Positions 59,934 to 64,000 of a DNA stretch of 64,000 nucleotides are shown here, in pieces. Within the stretch, counting starts at the first letter, position 1. The number at the start of each line of letters is the position of its first letter. Source of the DNA: Myxococcota bacterium. GTDB lineage: Bacteria > Myxococcota_A > SURF-8. The position numbers and the translations under genes are program-made. Location: the NCBI GenBank assembly GCA_963674735.2, contig CAXXQS010000001.1:1152001-1216000 (forward strand), in the 5' to 3' direction. The notes beneath the pieces are model-generated. The model was given only the letters and a program-made list of their open reading frames with translations, had not been told where the DNA came from and did no database searches.

Positions 59934-62801
59934 ATGAAGTTGAAAAAGTTGTTTGCGATGCTGTGCTTGGTCGTTCTGCTACCGATTATCACTATCGGGT
60001 GCTCATCTACCTCCGAAGAGTCATCCTCGGATGGCGATGCGGACAATCCTGAAGGTGAAACGACTTTTACGCCTCCGTCGGCTTGGACCGTGCTTATTTC
60101 CGAGAGCGCTCCCTGGCCGGTACGAGCTGTTGCCGATGATGTGGTGGGTTATTTCAATGACATGGGGCTGGAAACCGAGTTGCAAGCCACCGACGTCGCA
60201 CCCGATTGCGAAAATGGCAAGGGCGTGGTGGTTTTTGTCGGGGATGGCTTGGGCGATGCGACTTTCGAAGGTGATGCGACCGATCAGACCTTTCGCATTT
60301 GGGAAACCCGTTGTGGTGATGGCGTGAAGGTGGAGTTGTCGGGTGGTGGACTGCTGGGGCGTCAGTATGCCGGGTATGAATGGCTGCATGCGCTGGGACT
60401 GCGCTTTTTTCACCCGGAAGAGGAGTATGTTCCTGACGCGCCGGTTTGGCCCGTTGATCTTCTCCAGCGACAGCACACTCCCGCGTTTAAATGGCGCAGC
60501 ACCAGTTTGCATCTCACTCATCCGCTGGAATTGGGCGATGTATTCAGCCTGAAGAACGAAGACTATCTGCAAGACGCCCTGAATTATATCGACTGGCAAA
60601 TCAAGAACGGGGCGTCCTATGGGCATGGTGGTGTCGCCATCTCCGATAACGACCATTACGGGCACGAACGCGGCTTTTTCAGGAGTGCCGGTATTACGTT
60701 GTACAACACCCAACAGGGGAGCAAACCGCTGATCGACCCGGACGACCCACGCAGCCCCGAGCAGCAGATCACCGATGCCATCGATGAAAAGATGGGGGAT
60801 GATCCCGACAACTATCCGGAGTTCTTCAGCTTCAGCTTTAATCCAACCGAATTTACGGAGATGGAAGATACGGTTGTCGTGGAGCAGATGACGCTGATTG
60901 CCAATTACATGGCCCAGCATTATCCGGATGTCGAACTACAGACAACCAATCACGGGACGGCAGGCGAGCCTACCCCCAATTACGGGGTGCGTTACTTCGA
61001 TCTGCCGAAATTCGCTCCCGACAATCTAGGGGTGAAAATCCATACTTTGATGTTCTACGATCTTTTCCGCCCTGCGCCGGTCTATGGTAATGAGAACTTC
61101 AATTATTTCTATGATTTCATGGAAGAAGAGTACCAAACACGCAAGCTCTGGTATTTCCCCGAAGCGGCCTGGTGGCTGACCTTCGATAACCAGGTGCCGT
61201 TGTATCTGCCGATCACCATCGAGGCGCGCGACCGCGACATACAGGGGATCAAGCATATGCTCGACGGCAAGCTTGAAGGTCATCGAACCTTCGGGTCCGG
61301 GCACGAATGGGGATATTGGCAAAACGAATACTGCCCCTTCCGCATGGCGATGGATACCGACTATCGCTATACCGATTGCCTGCACGATATGACGAGCCCG
61401 ATGGGCGAAGCGGCTGCGACAGTCCAGAAGGTGATGGAAGACTTGATTATTCAGCAGGAAAACGAGTTTATCTATGGGGATATTCTGCGCTACCTCGTTG
61501 GCGTCGATCCCGAAACGGAGGCGGCTTTGCAGGTGGGTATCGAATTCCATCCCATGCCTCCGACACCGGCCCAGATCATGAAATGGGAAGCGGCGGATAT
61601 CGAGGCTTTCCAGACGGGCCCGGCCAAGCAACTACAGGATATGGACGACAACTACGCGGCGTTGGTCGAGCGTTTGAACGCCGTGGCAGAGCAGGTGCCC
61701 GAAAAGGGCTTGCCGTGGTTCAACGAAATCCTGGACGGCGTGGAAATAACCGGGCTGCGCGCGCGTCATCAACTTCAGGCTTACTCGGCCCTGGCAACCT
61801 ACAGACAGTCGCAGCTTGAACTCTCGGCCGATTTGGATCAACAGGCGAAAGACCTGTTCGACCAAGCGAAGGCGACCACCGCCGACGCCCTGGTGGTGAT
61901 CGAGCGGCGCGAGCAGGGATTCCGTTATCAACCCTTGGAGCGCGCCATCGGTGGGGGTGAGGACTGCGACAGCGACGATAACTGGTCCACCTACAACTTC
62001 CGCGTGCACTGCCGCACCCATACCGCTTATTACTGGAATCGCATCGATAAACTGGTTGAGAACGAGTTGTTCGCTACCGACAAGGCCGTGTCGATTCCCG
62101 ATACGCTGTTGACCCTGGATCAACCCCTGGTGGTATCGATTCTCGATCCGGCGCTTAGCAACGTGCAAGTCGATTTCGGTGACGGCGCAAGCGAAGGCGG
62201 CAGCGAATTCAGCCACAGCTATGCGGCAACGGGCGTTTATCCGTTGACGATCACCGGTGAAAATGGCGGTCAGGCCTTTGAGTTCGAAACGCGGATTGCG
62301 GTTGTCACCGAGGAAAAACGGACCGGTTTTTCCGGCAAGGTTATCAGCCCGGAAGGTATGGATCTCGTGGAGTCGGTGATGCCGGGTGTGGTGTTCGGGT
62401 TTGCGGGCGATAACACCCCGATCCTGGGATTTACGGCGGATTCGGATGGCAATATTCTGCCGGATCAGTTTGTCGAGCTGGTGGCTGGCGACGCGGAACG
62501 GTCGTTTGATGGAACCATCGATCTGATGAATGTGCCGATCATCAGCAAGTCGGATGCCGCGATTCTATCTTACATTGTTGTGGCCAACGGAAGCGCCGAG
62601 CAAGACGATGCTGCGCAGCCCTTGGCGGTGGCGGGCGAGATGTCCATCGAGTCCATCGTGCAGGCCGTGGTGGTGGTCGGGGGCGGGGCTTTCGATGAAG
62701 AAGGCTCACGCAACCTGGTCGCCAGCACTTTGGGATATACCCCGGATACGCTTCCGGCCACGGTGCCGTTCCAGATCGATTATACGGTGCAAGCCGACTA
62801 G
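59934..62801 (+). CDS. Large acidic lipoprotein, possibly glycoside-hydrolase-like fold plus PKD domain
   Basis: Lipobox TIGC; G.QYAGYEWL..LG.RFFHP N-domain; VDFGDG..HSY...G.Y PKD motif. Confidence 0.65.
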   Translation: MKLKKLFAMLCLVVLLPIITIGCSSTSEESSSDGDADNPEGETTFTPPSAWTVLISESAPWPVRAVADDVVGYFNDMGLETELQATDVAPDCENGKGVVVFVGDGLGDATFEGDATDQTFRIWETRCGDGVKVELSGGGLLGRQYAGYEWLHALGLRFFHPEEEYVPDAPVWPVDLLQRQHTPAFKWRSTSLHLTHPLELGDVFSLKNEDYLQDALNYIDWQIKNGASYGHGGVAISDNDHYGHERGFFRSAGITLYNTQQGSKPLIDPDDPRSPEQQITDAIDEKMGDDPDNYPEFFSFSFNPTEFTEMEDTVVVEQMTLIANYMAQHYPDVELQTTNHGTAGEPTPNYGVRYFDLPKFAPDNLGVKIHTLMFYDLFRPAPVYGNENFNYFYDFMEEEYQTRKLWYFPEAAWWLTFDNQVPLYLPITIEARDRDIQGIKHMLDGKLEGHRTFGSGHEWGYWQNEYCPFRMAMDTDYRYTDCLHDMTSPMGEAAATVQKVMEDLIIQQENEFIYGDILRYLVGVDPETEAALQVGIEFHPMPPTPAQIMKWEAADIEAFQTGPAKQLQDMDDNYAALVERLNAVAEQVPEKGLPWFNEILDGVEITGLRARHQLQAYSALATYRQSQLELSADLDQQAKDLFDQAKATTADALVVIERREQGFRYQPLERAIGGGEDCDSDDNWSTYNFRVHCRTHTAYYWNRIDKLVENELFATDKAVSIPDTLLTLDQPLVVSILDPALSNVQVDFGDGASEGGSEFSHSYAATGVYPLTITGENGGQAFEFETRIAVVTEEKRTGFSGKVISPEGMDLVESVMPGVVFGFAGDNTPILGFTADSDGNILPDQFVELVAGDAERSFDGTIDLMNVPIISKSDAAILSYIVVANGSAEQDDAAQPLAVAGEMSIESIVQAVVVVGGGAFDEEGSRNLVASTLGYTPDTLPATVPFQIDYTVQAD

Positions 62802-64000
62802 GCGGAAATCGCTTCGGTGCATTCGCTGAGCAATCCTCCCAGGCGGTCGCAATGCTTTTGCGGGGAGAGAATGATCAGAATATCGTTTACGCTTAGTTGG
62901 TCGTCGGGCGAGGGGTTATCGATCAGTGTCTCGCCGCGCTGAACGGCCAGGACGGTGACGCCGAAGCGCTTGCGGAAATTCGCTTCTCGTAAGCTCTTGT
63001 TTGCTATCGCGGAATCCGCTTCGATACGAAGAGTGAGGATTTCCAAATCGCGAATGGAAACCGGAAGATCGGACAAACGGGTGGGATTCACCGAAAGTTG
63101 TCGGAACATCTGGTAGGCGTCCGAGCGGGCGCTGGAAATGAAGGTTTCGATTTCGTTTCGTGGAATGAGGAATCGTTGGAGCACCCGGCTCAGGATTTCG
63201 ATCGAGGTTTCGTACTCTTCCGGGATCACGACGTCCGCCCCCAACTCGATCAGAGGCGCCGTTTCTGGCACGAAACGAGAACGTGAAATGACGAACAGAG
63301 CCGGGTTGGCCTGCTTGGCGGTGAATACGATCTGCCGGGTCGCAGTCGCGTCCGGTACGGCCACAGCCATCACGCGTGCATCACGCACGCGCGCTTCTTC
63401 CAATACAAGCGGATTTCCGGCATCCCCGAAAAAGATCGGTTCCCCCAATTTTCGCTCGCGGCGCACCGTCTCCGGATTCATTTCAATTATGACGTAAGGG
63501 ATGTTGAAGGATTTTGCGGCTTTGACGAGGTTTCGGCCATTCAATCCCAATCCCACTACGATGACATGGCCGTTCAGGTCGTGGTCGAGCGTTTCAGGGG
63601 TCTGAGGCAGTTGGGTGGACAAACGTCGGAAGCCGGGCATGTTCGCCAGACCTTCGGAAAGCGGTTTTCCCACGATCAGCCACAGGGGGGTAACAGCCAT
63701 GGTGATGATGGATACGGATAAAAACAGTTGATAGGTTCCGTGGCTCAGCAGATCGTAATGCAAACCGACGGCCGCCAGGACGAACGCGAATTCGCCGACC
63801 TGGTTTAGCGCCAGGGCGCTACGGCTAGCCACGCGAACCGGATAACCGAGAACCAGCCCGGTCAGGAATATTGCGGTAAATTTGGCGATGAGCAGTCCGG
63901 CTGTCACTCCGAGAATCAGCGGTACGTGATGAATGACATAGCTCATGTCGAGCAACATCCCGATCGAAATGAAAAAGAAACTGAGAAACAAGTCTCGGAA
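62798..64000 (-). CDS. KefC-like CPA2 cation:proton antiporter with TrkA-N and TrkA-C domains (5' end outside window)
   Basis: FF.SIGM, QVGEFAFVL, VVGLGLNG, FGDA, GVTVLAVQRG. Confidence 0.92.
   Translation of the reverse strand, partial: FRDLFLSFFFISIGMLLDMSYVIHHVPLILGVTAGLLIAKFTAIFLTGLVLGYPVRVASRSALALNQVGEFAFVLAAVGLHYDLLSHGTYQLFLSVSIITMAVTPLWLIVGKPLSEGLANMPGFRRLSTQLPQTPETLDHDLNGHVIVVGLGLNGRNLVKAAKSFNIPYVIIEMNPETVRRERKLGEPIFFGDAGNPLVLEEARVRDARVMAVAVPDATATRQIVFTAKQANPALFVISRSRFVPETAPLIELGADVVIPEEYETSIEILSRVLQRFLIPRNEIETFISSARSDAYQMFRQLSVNPTRLSDLPVSIRDLEILTLRIEADSAIANKSLREANFRKRFGVTVLAVQRGETLIDNPSPDDQLSVNDILIILSPQKHCDRLGGLLSECTEAISA

Overview
GC-rich bacterial chromosomal window. Gene content (MYXO-CTERM-like tail, Cys/Asp-rich lipoproteins, PrxU, lysAC fusion) suggests an anaerobic Myxococcota/Deltaproteobacteria-type organism; this is inference. 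Main blocks: (1) 1.5-16.8 kb, two TetR-linked operons coupling a lipid-type uptake module (OM barrel, MMPL/RND, LolA-like) to an uncharacterised glycyl-radical enzyme with activase, a double-Rossmann fusion, an acetoacetate-decarboxylase-family protein, an atypical acyl-CoA dehydrogenase and a TauE exporter. This is the best candidate for an undescribed pathway. (2) A selenocysteine peroxiredoxin split by in-frame TGA. (3) A TonB receptor/CobN-like chelatase/MotA/DUF2149 operon with a 1-nt frameshift in cobN. (4) A tandem duplication of FGE/C-lectin-fold lipoproteins with near-identical N-termini, strongly diverged C-termini and three 51-bp junction repeats. (5) The housekeeping ECF-lptCAB-rpoN-ptsN-hprK-rapZ-EIIA/HPr-ptsI block, lysAC, a hybrid kinase and an RlmK-like methyltransferase. 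(6) A thiolase plus four-domain HMGS-like/DUF35/SDR/SCP2 cluster containing a recent 1.25-kb duplication. No tRNA, rRNA, CRISPR array, transposase or reverse transcriptase was recognised. All calls are by eye from motifs; no database search was run.
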